Source: an uncultured Gemmatimonadaceae bacterium (GTDB lineage Bacteria; Gemmatimonadota; Gemmatimonadetes; Gemmatimonadales; Gemmatimonadaceae). From it: a stretch of 64,000 nt of DNA. Under the pieces are notes generated by a model. That model was not told the DNA's origin. It ran no database searches and saw nothing but the letters and a program-made list of their open reading frames with translations. The stretch spans positions 544,001-608,000 of the forward strand of contig CAWBOC010000005.1 in the NCBI GenBank assembly GCA_963790305.1. Direction: 5' to 3'. Of this stretch, positions 1 to 9,242 are shown one piece after another. The position numbers and the translations under genes are program-made. Numbering within the stretch: position 1 is the first letter of the stretch; the number at the start of each line of letters is the position of its first letter.

Positions 1-2020
1 GATCAGCGCTCCGACCTCGTTCGCGCGCATCGATCTGCGGAATGGCCCTGATGCCTGCCGCCTTCGCCTGCGCCGCGCTGGTCGCCAGCTGACCCGCGTA
101 GGTGAACGCCGCCGGCAGCACCATCGTATCGACCATCTGCTGCAGCGTGTACAGCTCGATCAGCATGTCCTTGATGTACCGCTCCATGCGGACATGGTAG
201 CGTGACTCGAGCTCCTCCTTCGTCAACACACCAAGCTTGCTCAGCAGCGACCGTGACTGCTTCGTCACCAGCTGCGCCAATGCCTCGGGCGTCCGGCGGT
301 AGTTAGGCAGCCCACGCTTCTCCGCTTCCGTCACCCACTCCTCGGCGTAGTTGTTCCCTTCGAAGCGGACGGGGGTCGACTCCTTGAACGACTCCTTCAC
401 GACCTTGAGCACGGCGTCATCCACCGACTTCGTCTTCTTGAGCTCCGCCTTCAGCGCCTCGGTGATCTCGGCCAGGCCATCGGCGACCGCGGCGTTCAGG
501 AGCGTCACCGGGAACGCGATCGACTGCGACGATCCCACCGCGCGGAACTCGAACTTGTTCCCCGTGAACGCGAACGGTGACGTGCGGTTGCGATCGGTGT
601 TGTCCTTCTCGATGTCGGGCAGCTTCGCCACGCCCAGCTTGATGAGCTGCTGCTCGGCGCCGCGGGCCGATTCCTTTCCGGCGATGATGCCATCGATCAG
701 CTTCGTCAGCATGTCGCCCATGAACACCGAGATGATCGCCGGCGGCGCTTCGTTCGCGCCGAGACGGTGTTCGTTGCCCGAGGTCGCGATGCCCGCGCGC
801 AGCAGGCCCGAGTGCTTGTGCACGCCGCGCAGTACCGCCGCCAGGAATACGAGGAAGCGGATGTTCTGATGCGGCGTCTTGCCGGGCTTGAGCAGGTTGA
901 GGCCGTCGAGCTCGTTGTCGGCCGTGATCGCCATCGACCAGTTGCAGTGCTTGCCCGAGCCGTTGATGCCGGCGAACGGCTTCTCGTGCAGCAACGCCTG
1001 GAGCCCGTGCCGCAGGGCGACGCGACGCATCGTCGCCATCACCATCTGGTTGTGGTCGACGCCGAGGTCGGTCTCCTCGAAGTGGGGCGCCATCTCGAAC
1101 TGCGACGGCGCGACCTCGTTATGCCGCGTCACGATCGGCACGCCGAGCTTGTAGAGCTCCTGCTCGATCTCGGCAATGCACGCCTGGATGCGCTCGGGAA
1201 TGCCGCCGAAATAGTGGTCCTCGAGCTGCTGGCCGCGTGGAGGTGGAGCGCCGACGAGCGTGCGGCCGGCCATGACGAGGTCGGGACGCATCGCGAAGTA
1301 ATTCCGGTCGATCAGGAAGTACTCCTGCTCCGGTCCCAGCGTCGTGAACACGCGCTGCACGCCCTTGTCGCCTAACAGCTCGAGCAGCTCGATCGCGCGC
1401 TGCGACAGCATGTCCGAGCTCCGCAGCATCGGGGTCATCTCGTCGAGCGCCTCGCCGTTGTAGCCGATGAACACCGACGGAATGCACAGCGTGCGGACGC
1501 CGCCCACCTCGTGGATGAACACCGGGCTGGCGGGGTTCCATGCCGTGTAGCCGCGCGCTTCCCAGGTCGCGCGCAGACCGCCCGACGGGAAGCTCGACGC
1601 ATCCGGCTCGCTCTGGATCAGCTGCGACGCCGAGAACGACTCCATCGGATGCTGGTTCTCGTCGAACGACAGGAAAGCATCGTGCTTCTCGGCGGTGAGT
1701 CCGGTCTGGGGCTGAAACCAGTGCGTGAAATGGGTCACCCCCCTGGAAATCGCCCATTCCTTGATGACCTGCGCCACGACGGGCGCAATCTCGAGGTCGA
1801 GCTTTTTCCCGAGTCGCACGGAGGCGACCAGCTTCTGGTAGACGTGCGCCGGCAGCTTGTCGCGCATCTGACGCGCGCCAAAGGTATTGCAGCCGAAGTA
1901 GGAGGAAGTCGGCAGATGGGCTCCGTTGGTGTGCGCGGACCCGTTAGGCGTGGCAGTGGGACGTGCGGTACGCCCCGCGATCTCCTGAAGGATAGCGCGG
2001 CGTGGACTGGCGACGGGCAT
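1..2020 (-). CDS. glnA: Glutamine synthetase type III (3' end beyond the window edge)
   Basis: Not in the ORF track because it has no stop in the window. Manual translation from ATG 2020 gives THFTHWFQPQTGLTAEKHDAF, EPDASSFPSGGLRATWEARGYTAW, GPEQEYFLID, TRHNEVAPSQFE and HEKPFAGINGSGKHCNWS, all GSIII motifs. Confidence 0.95.
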   Translation of the reverse strand, partial: MPVASPRRAILQEIAGRTARPTATPNGSAHTNGAHLPTSSYFGCNTFGARQMRDKLPAHVYQKLVASVRLGKKLDLEIAPVVAQVIKEWAISRGVTHFTHWFQPQTGLTAEKHDAFLSFDENQHPMESFSASQLIQSEPDASSFPSGGLRATWEARGYTAWNPASPVFIHEVGGVRTLCIPSVFIGYNGEALDEMTPMLRSSDMLSQRAIELLELLGDKGVQRVFTTLGPEQEYFLIDRNYFAMRPDLVMAGRTLVGAPPPRGQQLEDHYFGGIPERIQACIAEIEQELYKLGVPIVTRHNEVAPSQFEMAPHFEETDLGVDHNQMVMATMRRVALRHGLQALLHEKPFAGINGSGKHCNWSMAITADNELDGLNLLKPGKTPHQNIRFLVFLAAVLRGVHKHSGLLRAGIATSGNEHRLGANEAPPAIISVFMGDMLTKLIDGIIAGKESARGAEQQLIKLGVAKLPDIEKDNTDRNRTSPFAFTGNKFEFRAVGSSQSIAFPVTLLNAAVADGLAEITEALKAELKKTKSVDDAVLKVVKESFKESTPVRFEGNNYAEEWVTEAEKRGLPNYRRTPEALAQLVTKQSRSLLSKLGVLTKEELESRYHVRMERYIKDMLIELYTLQQMVDTMVLPAAFTYAGQLATSAAQAKAAGIRAIPQIDARERGRSAD

Positions 2021-2056
2021 GGGGGTGGGGCTCCGAGTCGGGGAACTGGGTGAAGG

Positions 2057-2084
2057 CTGCGAACTGCGTACTGCGTACTGCGTA
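2057..2084. repeat. Heptamer tandem repeat (CTGCGWA)x4 upstream of glnA
   Basis: ctgcgaa ctgcgta ctgcgta ctgcgta. Confidence 0.8.
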
Positions 2085-2381
2085 GTCTGCAGATCTGGCA
2101 AATTTATGCCCTCGTTTCGCGAAATCCAGGCCACGTTTTGGACGCTTTGACCCCGTGTTCGTGCAGAAAACGCACGATCACGCGGGCAGTGAGGCGTCCC
2201 GCCGATGCGCGGGCGCTACACTCCATGAGAACGCTTAAATGAAACAACGGCAGTCCTTTAGATCGCGTGACTACGCCTGACGGCGGCGCGTCTGAACACT
2301 GTGGTCGCCGTCCCCCCCGGAGCGGCCAGATCGGCGCGTCCGGGTTTGCCTATCCGCTGAATCCAAAAGGACTTCCAGACA

Positions 2382-2705
2382 ATGAATCGCCTGTTTGCCT
2401 CCGCCCTACTCGCCCTCGGGCTGGTCGCCATGCTCAACAACGCCAGCGCCGCCCAGCAGCACGTAGCCGCGCTGGGGAAAAAGTTCTCCACGGAAGAGGT
2501 CAGGATCGCCTCCGAGGACATGGTGATCTTCATCAACCAGGACAAGGTGGTTCATCAGGTCTTCTCGGTCACCGACGGACTTCGCTTCAACCTGAAGCGC
2601 CTTCCGCCGGGAGCTGCCAGCGGCGTTCGCTTCAAGAAGCGCGGTGTCGCCGAAGTTCGGTGCGCGATCCATCGCGACATGCGCATGAAGGTCGTCGTCG
2701 AGTAG
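2382..2705 (+). CDS. Small exported cupredoxin-fold (type 1 copper) protein
   Basis: Signal peptide; VHQVFS His plus C-terminal CAIHRDM (C-x2-H-x2-M) copper ligand loop. Confidence 0.8.
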   Translation: MNRLFASALLALGLVAMLNNASAAQQHVAALGKKFSTEEVRIASEDMVIFINQDKVVHQVFSVTDGLRFNLKRLPPGAASGVRFKKRGVAEVRCAIHRDMRMKVVVE

Positions 2706-2712
2706 CCCGCGA

Positions 2713-4491
2713 ATGGCCAATGTCGACGCCCCGTTCTCCACGCGGGCGGCCGACCGTCTTCGGGACCTGACGCTCGTCGGCAAACTCTCGCTCACCATGG
2801 CCGCGCTCCTGCTCACGCTCGCAGGAGTGATCGCGGTGACCATGGTGAGCACGAGCTCCAGCATCGCGCGACACACGGGAGAGCTGGTGGACGCGCGCCG
2901 AGTGAAGGAAATGGCCATCCTCTCACTCGCGCTCCTGCGCTCGCAGGACGACATGTCGAAGTCCATGCTGCTCGATCCCGACCGCATGGATTCGCTCGGC
3001 GTCGCCAAGGTCGAAGCGTATGACGAGTCGACGGTGCTGCTCAAGCGCATGGACTCGCTTTCCACCTCGGCGGAGCTCAGGCGCCTGACGCTGAAGCTTC
3101 GCGCCGTCGACGAAGAGCGCCTTCGCGCGCTCGACACGCGCATCCTCGAGCTCACCGGCGCCGGCGAATCAAAGGCGGCGACGCAGCTGTACTTCTCCGA
3201 GTACGAGCCCGTGCGCGCGGAGTATGAGCGCCTCGTCGAGGAGCTCGGCGTCGTGGCGGAGGCGCATGCGGAAAACGCCGCGCGTCGCGTCGCGTCAGCG
3301 AACCGTCGCGCGCTCATCTACATCTCGATCGCGCTCGCGGCGGGCATCGCGCTCGTTTCCTTCGGACTGTTCGGTGTCGCGCGCAAAGTTGGCAGCAAGC
3401 TGCGCGAGGCGGTCGAGCTCGTGGATACGGTGGCGCGTGGCAACCTCACCCGCGCGGTGCACGTCGATGCGCTCGACGAGACAGGTCGTATGGCGACGTC
3501 GGTGAACGCCATGGTTCGTGATCTTCGCCGGATGATCGGCGAGATCAAGACGACGAGCACACGACTGGTCTCGAGCAGCAGCGAGATCTCGACGGCCGCC
3601 AATGAATGCTCCAGCGCCGTCGTGACGCTTGGCGAAGCGATCGACCAGATCAGCTCGGGTGCACAGGATCAGGCCACCGTCACCAATGAAACGGTCGCCG
3701 TGGTCAAGAAGATGTCGTCGTCCATCGAGGAGGTCGTGCGTCAGGCCGCCGACATGGCGAAGGAGGGGAACCACACGGTGGACATTGCACGCCGCGGCGG
3801 GGACACAGTGCGCGCCGCGATTCAGGGAATGGATTCGACGCGTCATACCGTGCTCGATGCCGCCGCTCGCGTGAAAGAGCTGGCGGAGAACTCCGCTCGC
3901 ATCGGCGACATCAACAAAACCGTGTCGGCGATTGCCGATCAGTGCAATCTCCTCGCGCTCAACGCATCGATCGAGGCTGCGCGCGCCGGCGACCATGGCG
4001 CCGCGTTCCGCATCGTCGCTGACGAGATCCGCGACCTGGCGAACGAGTCGATGGCATCGTCCCAGCGCATCGGTCAGCTGCTCGCCGCGGTGCAGACGGG
4101 AATGGCGGACGTGATGGAGGCGATGCAGCTTGGTACGACGACGGCCGACGAAGGCGCCCACCAGGCCAAGACGGCCGAGGAGAGCCTCGAGGAGATCATG
4201 CAAACGCTCGAGGGGACGAATGGGCAGCTCCAGCGGATCGCCGAACGCGCTCACCTCGTGACGGGTGACGTCGCGAAGGTCGCGTCGTTGGTCGAGTCCG
4301 TGGCGGCCGTGGCCCAGCAGAGTGCCGCGTCGGCCGAGGAGATGTCGGCCCAGAGCGTACAGGTCGCCGAGGCGATCGCGCGGATCGCGAAGATCTCGTC
4401 CAATGGGCAGGATGCGCTAATGTCGGACGAGGAGACGCTTCCGATCATGGCCAGAAAGCTCGACCGTCTCATTGCCGGCTTCGAGGTTTAA
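2713..4491 (+). CDS. Methyl-accepting chemotaxis protein (2 TM, periplasmic helical sensor, HAMP, signalling domain)
   Basis: HAMP DETGRMATSVNAM; hairpin tip NLLALNASIEAARAGDHG. Confidence 0.93.
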   Translation: MANVDAPFSTRAADRLRDLTLVGKLSLTMAALLLTLAGVIAVTMVSTSSSIARHTGELVDARRVKEMAILSLALLRSQDDMSKSMLLDPDRMDSLGVAKVEAYDESTVLLKRMDSLSTSAELRRLTLKLRAVDEERLRALDTRILELTGAGESKAATQLYFSEYEPVRAEYERLVEELGVVAEAHAENAARRVASANRRALIYISIALAAGIALVSFGLFGVARKVGSKLREAVELVDTVARGNLTRAVHVDALDETGRMATSVNAMVRDLRRMIGEIKTTSTRLVSSSSEISTAANECSSAVVTLGEAIDQISSGAQDQATVTNETVAVVKKMSSSIEEVVRQAADMAKEGNHTVDIARRGGDTVRAAIQGMDSTRHTVLDAAARVKELAENSARIGDINKTVSAIADQCNLLALNASIEAARAGDHGAAFRIVADEIRDLANESMASSQRIGQLLAAVQTGMADVMEAMQLGTTTADEGAHQAKTAEESLEEIMQTLEGTNGQLQRIAERAHLVTGDVAKVASLVESVAAVAQQSAASAEEMSAQSVQVAEAIARIAKISSNGQDALMSDEETLPIMARKLDRLIAGFEV

Positions 4492-4500
4492 AGAACCAGA

Positions 4501-4566
4501 GGCGCTAAAGGCGCTAAAGGCGCTAAAGGCGCTAAAGGCGCTGAAGGCGCTAGAGGCGCTGGCGCT
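4501..4566. repeat. Nonamer tandem repeat GGCGCT(A/G)(A/G)A, six full units plus two partial
   Basis: ggcgctaaa x4, ggcgctgaa, ggcgctaga, ggcgct, ggcgct; intergenic. Confidence 0.9.
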
Positions 4567-4625
4567 GCCTCTTCCGATTGCAGCATTCTCGGCTCACCTT
4601 CGACGCTCGTCCCCCGGAGATCCCC

Positions 4626-6767
4626 ATGCGACTTCGCACTCTTTTCCTCATCGCTGCCACCGCGTTCGCGCCGCTGGCGGAAGCCCAGCGTCTCCAGTAT
4701 CCCGCGTCGAAGAAGGGAGACGTCGTTGACGACTACCACGGCACCTCGATCGCGGATCCCTTCCGCTGGATGGAGAACCTCGGCAGCACCGAGACTGTCG
4801 CCTGGATCCGCGCGCAGAACGCTGTCACACACAGCTATATGGAGAAGCTTCCGTACCGCGAGACGCTACGGAAGCGCATCACCGAGCTCTGGGATTACCC
4901 GAAGGTGTCGCTGCCATACCGCGAGGGCGGCCGCGTCTTCTATAGAAAGAACAGCGGGCTCCAGAAGCAGTCGGTGCTGTACATGCGGCGCTCACTCAGT
5001 GGCCCTCCGAGAGTCGTGCTCGACCCCAACAAGCTCTGGCCCGATGGAGCGACGGCGCTCTTCGGGTACACCGCCTCTCCGGACGGGAAGCACATCATCT
5101 ACTCGGTCTCCGAAGGGGGCGCGGACTGGCAAACGCTCCGCGTCCGCGACCTAACGACGCTTCGCGATCTTCGCGACAGCGTGCGGTGGGTCCGCTTCTC
5201 GGGCGTCGAGTGGACGAACGATGGAAAGGGGTTCTTCTACTCGCGCTATCCTGAGCCTCCGAAGGGCAAGAAGCTCGAAGCCGCGCTCAGCGGGCACGCT
5301 TTGTATTACCACCGTCTGGGCACGCCGCAGTCGCAGGATCAGCTGATCTATCAGCAAAAGGACCTGCCGACCTGGCTCTCCATTGGCGATGTCTCCGAGG
5401 ATGGCCGCTACCTCGTGATCGCCGTCTACCGTGGAGCGGATCCACGGAACCGACTGTACGTGAAGACGCTGGGCGACCCGATGGAGCCGAACATCAGCGC
5501 GCCGGTGAAGCCGCTCATCGTGGATGACGACGCGGAATTCACCTACATCGGCAACGTTGGCACGACGTTCTACGTGCGCACCGACCGTGGCGCGCCGAAT
5601 CGGAAGGTGATCGCAGTCGACGTGCGAGATCCGGCGCCGGAGAAGTGGCAAACGCTCATTCCCGAATCGAAGAACGCGATCGAGAACCTGGCATTAGCGG
5701 GCGGGCAGCTGGCCGTGCAGTACCTGGTGGATGTGAAGAGCGAGGTGAGGCTGTTCGATCCCAAGGGCAACCCGGCGGGCACGATCTCGCTTCCGGGAGT
5801 CGGCTCGGTGTTCGGTCTCTCAGGCCGGTACGACACGCCGGAGCTCTTCTACTCCTACACGTCGCCGCTCTATCCGACGACGGTGTTCCGCTACGATCAT
5901 CGATCGAAACAGAGCGCGCCCTTCGAGGCGGCCGCCTCGAAGTTCGACGTCGAGGGATATGAGACGAAGCAGCTATGGGCGACGTCGAAGGACGGAACGC
6001 GCATTCCCTACTTCGTGACGGCGCGCAAAGGATTGGCGCTCGATCGCGCCAATCCAACGCTCCTGTACGGCTACGGCGGCTTTTCCATCAGCGAGACACC
6101 GTACTATCGCCCGGATGTACCGGCCTGGCTGGAGCTCGGGGGCGTCTACGTCACCGCCAACATGCGCGGCGGCGGCGAGTACGGTGAGGCGTGGCATCAG
6201 GCGGGCATGCTCGACAAGAAGCAGAACGTCTTCGACGACTTCATCGCCGTCGCCGAGGCGCTCGTCCGCGAGGGCTATACCTCGCCCGAGCATCTCGCCG
6301 TGCTCGGTGGGTCGAATGGCGGTCTCCTCGTCGGCGCCGCAATGACCCAGCGCCCCGAGCTGTTCGCGGTGGCTCTCCCCGCCGTGGGCGTGCTCGACAT
6401 GCTGCGTTACGACAAATTCACCGGCGGCGCGCTGTGGGTAAGCGAGTACGGATCACCGTCGGACACGGCCGCCTTCAAGTACCTGCGTGCCTACTCACCG
6501 CTGCATAACGTGCGAGCGGGGACGTGCTATCCCGCCACGATGGTGACGACGTCGGACCACGATGACCGCGTGGTACCGAGCCATTCGTACAAGTACACGG
6601 CGGTGCTCCAGGAAGCACAGGGATGCGACAAGCCGATCCTGCTGCGTGTGGAAACGATGACGTCGCACGGCTATCGTCCGACCGACAAGCGGATCGCGGA
6701 GCTGGCCGATCAGTGGGCGTTCGCGATCGCAAACACGGGGATGAAGGTCGTCGACGTGACGCCGTAA
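4626..6767 (+). CDS. Prolyl oligopeptidase (S9A), exported
   Basis: GGAGA RBS before ATG 4626; signal peptide; DPFRWME, YGYGGF, GGSNGG nucleophile, HDDRV, SHG. Confidence 0.95.
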   Translation: MRLRTLFLIAATAFAPLAEAQRLQYPASKKGDVVDDYHGTSIADPFRWMENLGSTETVAWIRAQNAVTHSYMEKLPYRETLRKRITELWDYPKVSLPYREGGRVFYRKNSGLQKQSVLYMRRSLSGPPRVVLDPNKLWPDGATALFGYTASPDGKHIIYSVSEGGADWQTLRVRDLTTLRDLRDSVRWVRFSGVEWTNDGKGFFYSRYPEPPKGKKLEAALSGHALYYHRLGTPQSQDQLIYQQKDLPTWLSIGDVSEDGRYLVIAVYRGADPRNRLYVKTLGDPMEPNISAPVKPLIVDDDAEFTYIGNVGTTFYVRTDRGAPNRKVIAVDVRDPAPEKWQTLIPESKNAIENLALAGGQLAVQYLVDVKSEVRLFDPKGNPAGTISLPGVGSVFGLSGRYDTPELFYSYTSPLYPTTVFRYDHRSKQSAPFEAAASKFDVEGYETKQLWATSKDGTRIPYFVTARKGLALDRANPTLLYGYGGFSISETPYYRPDVPAWLELGGVYVTANMRGGGEYGEAWHQAGMLDKKQNVFDDFIAVAEALVREGYTSPEHLAVLGGSNGGLLVGAAMTQRPELFAVALPAVGVLDMLRYDKFTGGALWVSEYGSPSDTAAFKYLRAYSPLHNVRAGTCYPATMVTTSDHDDRVVPSHSYKYTAVLQEAQGCDKPILLRVETMTSHGYRPTDKRIAELADQWAFAIANTGMKVVDVTP

Positions 6768-6770
6768 GGC

Positions 6771-6870
6771 GCGGAATGCGGAATGCGGATTGTGAACGTG
6801 AAACCGCCTAACAAATGAGGGCTCCCACCGAGGTCGGAGCCCTCATTCGTAGAGCGAATTCGCAATCCGG
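6771..6870. repeat. Intergenic element: GCGGAAT heptamers, central hairpin (probable bidirectional terminator), degenerate inverted heptamers
   Basis: gcggaat gcggaat gcggatt (6771-6791); stem aatgagggctcc 6814-6825 / ggagccctcatt 6836-6847; aattcgc aatccgg 6857-6870; lies between convergent genes. Confidence 0.7.
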
Positions 6871-7326
6871 CTAGATCTCGTCGCGCAACGCTCCGGAGAC
6901 CCGGGCGGCCAGTGCGTCGAGCGAGATCGGCTTGTGGAGAAACCTCGCGACCTCGCCCTCCTTCAGCTGCATCGTGTCCGCCGAGTAGCCGGACATCAGG
7001 AGCAGCCGGACGCCAGGGTGCTCAATGGAAAGCCTCACCGCCAGCTCGCGACCGCTCATCCCTTGCAGCACGATGTCGGTGAGCACGAGATCGGTCGGCG
7101 TGCTGGCGCTGGCAATCAGCGCGAGGGCCGAATCGGCGTCGGCTGCTTCGACCACGCGGTACTCGAGCTTCTCGAGCAGGCCCCGGATGGAAGACCGAAC
7201 CTTCGGGTCGTCATCCACGAGAAGGACCGTAGGCCGGGCGGACTCGTGCGACCTGATCGGCGTTTTCGCGCGACCAGCTTTGGGTGTCTTTCGTGCGCGT
7301 GCGGGAGTTGGCTTCGATCGCGCCAC
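6871..7326 (-). CDS. Single-domain response regulator (receiver)
   Basis: VLLVDDD, LVLTDIVLQGMSG, MSGY, FLHKP; start uncertain. Confidence 0.88.
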   Translation of the reverse strand: MARSKPTPARARKTPKAGRAKTPIRSHESARPTVLLVDDDPKVRSSIRGLLEKLEYRVVEAADADSALALIASASTPTDLVLTDIVLQGMSGRELAVRLSIEHPGVRLLLMSGYSADTMQLKEGEVARFLHKPISLDALAARVSGALRDEI

Positions 7327-7471
7327 GGGCGTGGCCTCCGCGGTGGTGACGGTGCTTGACGTGCCTTGGTTTAGACGTGTGCGGGGGAATGGCGGTCACG
7401 TGCCACACAGCTTTTCATGAGAACGACCTCATTTCCCCGAAGCCGCCGGAAGTATTATCTTTGAGCCGTGG

Positions 7472-7544
7472 TGGGGTGTAGCTGAGCTGGCAAAGCACCG
7501 GACTGTTAATCCGGAGATCGGTGGTTCGAATCCACCCGCCCCAG
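7472..7544 (+). tRNA. tRNA-Asn (GTT), CCA not encoded
   Basis: Acceptor TGGGGTG/CGCCCCA, anticodon arm CCGGA-CTGTTAA-TCCGG, T arm GGTGG-TTCGAAT-CCACC, discriminator G. Confidence 0.95.
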
Positions 7545-7554
7545 TCGTGATGCA

Positions 7555-7590
7555 AAACCGCCCCGCACGGAGCTCCGTGCGGGGCGGTTT
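7555..7590. terminator. Perfect 36-bp palindrome, probable bidirectional terminator between tRNA-Asn and infA
   Basis: aaaccgccccgcacggag|ctccgtgcggggcggttt. Confidence 0.75.
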
Positions 7591-7601
7591 GCGTATCGTA
7601 C

Positions 7602-7820
7602 CTACTTGTGTCGGAAGGTGATGCGGCCGCGGGTCAGGTCATACGGCGACACCTCGACCTTCACCCGGTCGCCGGTGAGCACCCGGATGCGAAAGCGCCG
7701 CATCTTGCCCGCGATCGTCGCGAGCACCGAGTGACCGTTATCCAGGGCCACGCGGAACATGGCGCTCGGAAGAACGTCCGAAATCACCCCATCCATCTCT
7801 ACCATATCATGCTTCGCCAC
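7602..7820 (-). CDS. infA: Translation initiation factor IF-1
   Basis: GGAGG RBS then GTG 7820; [29 protein letters not shown]...[33 protein letters not shown]. Confidence 0.97.
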   Translation of the reverse strand: MAKHDMVEMDGVISDVLPSAMFRVALDNGHSVLATIAGKMRRFRIRVLTGDRVKVEVSPYDLTRGRITFRHK

Positions 7821-7993
7821 GTTTCCTCCGAATGTGCGGGACAGTTGACGCCGAGGACACGCGCGAAACGCAAACAGGGACCCGCACGAGTGTGGCAGGC
7901 CCCTGTATCCATCAGGAGGTGTCCGCGCAAAAATGCGCGTTACGTCGCTGAACCAATCTAGCTCCCAAGAGCCCGAAGCGCCACGGGAAGGGC

Positions 7994-8080
7994 GAATGCG
8001 GAGTGCGGAATGCGGAATCCTTGTAGGCATTGTCACGCAACGCTTTAGGTGTCGCTTCCGCATTCCGCATTGCTCATTCG
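7994..8080. repeat. Inverted pair of GAATGCG heptamer arrays
   Basis: gaatgcg gagtgcg gaatgcg gaat (7994-8018) ... ttccgcattccgcattgctcattcg (8056-8080). Confidence 0.7.
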
Positions 8081-8153
8081 TACTCCCGTGACTGCGGTCA
8101 CTTTCCCTCGTCATCCGTTTGCTTCCCTCATAGTCGCGAACGGAGGACCCGCC

Positions 8154-9242
8154 TTGCCACGACGCGCTCTGATCGCGCTCGCCTGCCTCACGATGCTCGC
8201 CTGTCAGCAGAACCCGACGGGCTACGTCATCGCCGCCGCGGGTCCGTGGAAGCAAGGGTACGGGCAGATGAACCGGTTGGGCATCGAGCTGGCCGTCGGC
8301 GAGATCAACGCGAACGGCGGCATCGATGGCCACAAGCTCGAGGTCATCTACCGCGATGACGAGGGCGACGGCGAGACCGCCGCAAAGATCGCGCAGGAGT
8401 TCGTCGCCAACCTCAACATCTCGGCGGTCGTTGGGCACGTGAATTCAGGCGCGATGGTCGCCGCCGCGAGAATCTACGACGGACAGCTCGCCGCGCTCGC
8501 GACGACCGCGACATCGCCCGACCTCACCGGCGTGTCGCCCTGGGTCTTCCGCGTCATCTCCTCCGACTCCGCGAACGGCATCGATCTCGCGCGCTTTGCC
8601 GCGAGACTCGGCGCGCAGCGCGCGGCCATTCTCTACGAGAACAACGCGTACGGACGCGGGCTCACCGATGCATTCCGCCGGAGCTTTCCGGGCGAGATCA
8701 TCAGCATCGACCCGATCACCAATGCCGCCGATCAGAACTTCGAGCCCTTCGTCTCCTTCTACAAGCTGAAGTCGCCGGAGATCGTGTTCGTCGCCGGTAC
8801 GGAAGCGTCGGGAATAGCGCTTCTACGCGAGGCGAAACGACAATCGCTGAACGCGAGATTCCTCGGCGGCAATGGGTGGACAGGGATTGTCGCCGACACG
8901 GCCGCGGCTGAGGGCGCATACGTCGGCGCACCGTTCACCGATGCAGATACGCGGCAGGAAGTCCGCCGGTTCGTACAGGCGTTTGTCGTCAAGAACCAGC
9001 GACTGCCCGACGGAAACGCTGCGCTTGCATACGACGCCACCGTGGTGATCGCTCGAGCGCTGGCGAAGCAGGGCGCAAGCCGTATCCGTGTTCGCGAGTT
9101 CCTGGCGGGGCTGGGTGGACGGACCGCGCTGAGCGGTGTCACTGGACCTATCGCCTTCCACAAGAACGGCGATCCAGTTGGAAAGAGCTTCGTGATGACA
9201 CGCGTCCGCCACGGCGCGCTCGTGCCGGAGTCACGGAAGTGA
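8154..9242 (+). CDS. LivJ/K-like (branched-chain amino acid family) substrate-binding lipoprotein
   Basis: GGAGG then TTG 8154; lipobox [42 protein letters not shown]. Confidence 0.88.
   Translation: MPRRALIALACLTMLACQQNPTGYVIAAAGPWKQGYGQMNRLGIELAVGEINANGGIDGHKLEVIYRDDEGDGETAAKIAQEFVANLNISAVVGHVNSGAMVAAARIYDGQLAALATTATSPDLTGVSPWVFRVISSDSANGIDLARFAARLGAQRAAILYENNAYGRGLTDAFRRSFPGEIISIDPITNAADQNFEPFVSFYKLKSPEIVFVAGTEASGIALLREAKRQSLNARFLGGNGWTGIVADTAAAEGAYVGAPFTDADTRQEVRRFVQAFVVKNQRLPDGNAALAYDATVVIARALAKQGASRIRVREFLAGLGGRTALSGVTGPIAFHKNGDPVGKSFVMTRVRHGALVPESRK

Noticed and set aside
351..2053. Several + strand ORFs over the first 2 kb
   Set aside because: Antisense shadows of the minus-strand glutamine synthetase III.
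2281..2360. GGCAAAC on the minus strand suggesting a c-di-GMP-I riboswitch near the MCP
   Set aside because: No GNRA tetraloop/receptor or GCAAAGC element follows, and it is on the wrong strand for the MCP operon.
4472..4729. ORFs with ALKALK / APLAPL repeats
   Set aside because: These are translations of the nonamer DNA repeat; they overlap real genes and lack coding features.
7472..7600. tRNA-Asn as an integration site
   Set aside because: No integrase nearby, and no duplicated tRNA 3' end was seen in the window.
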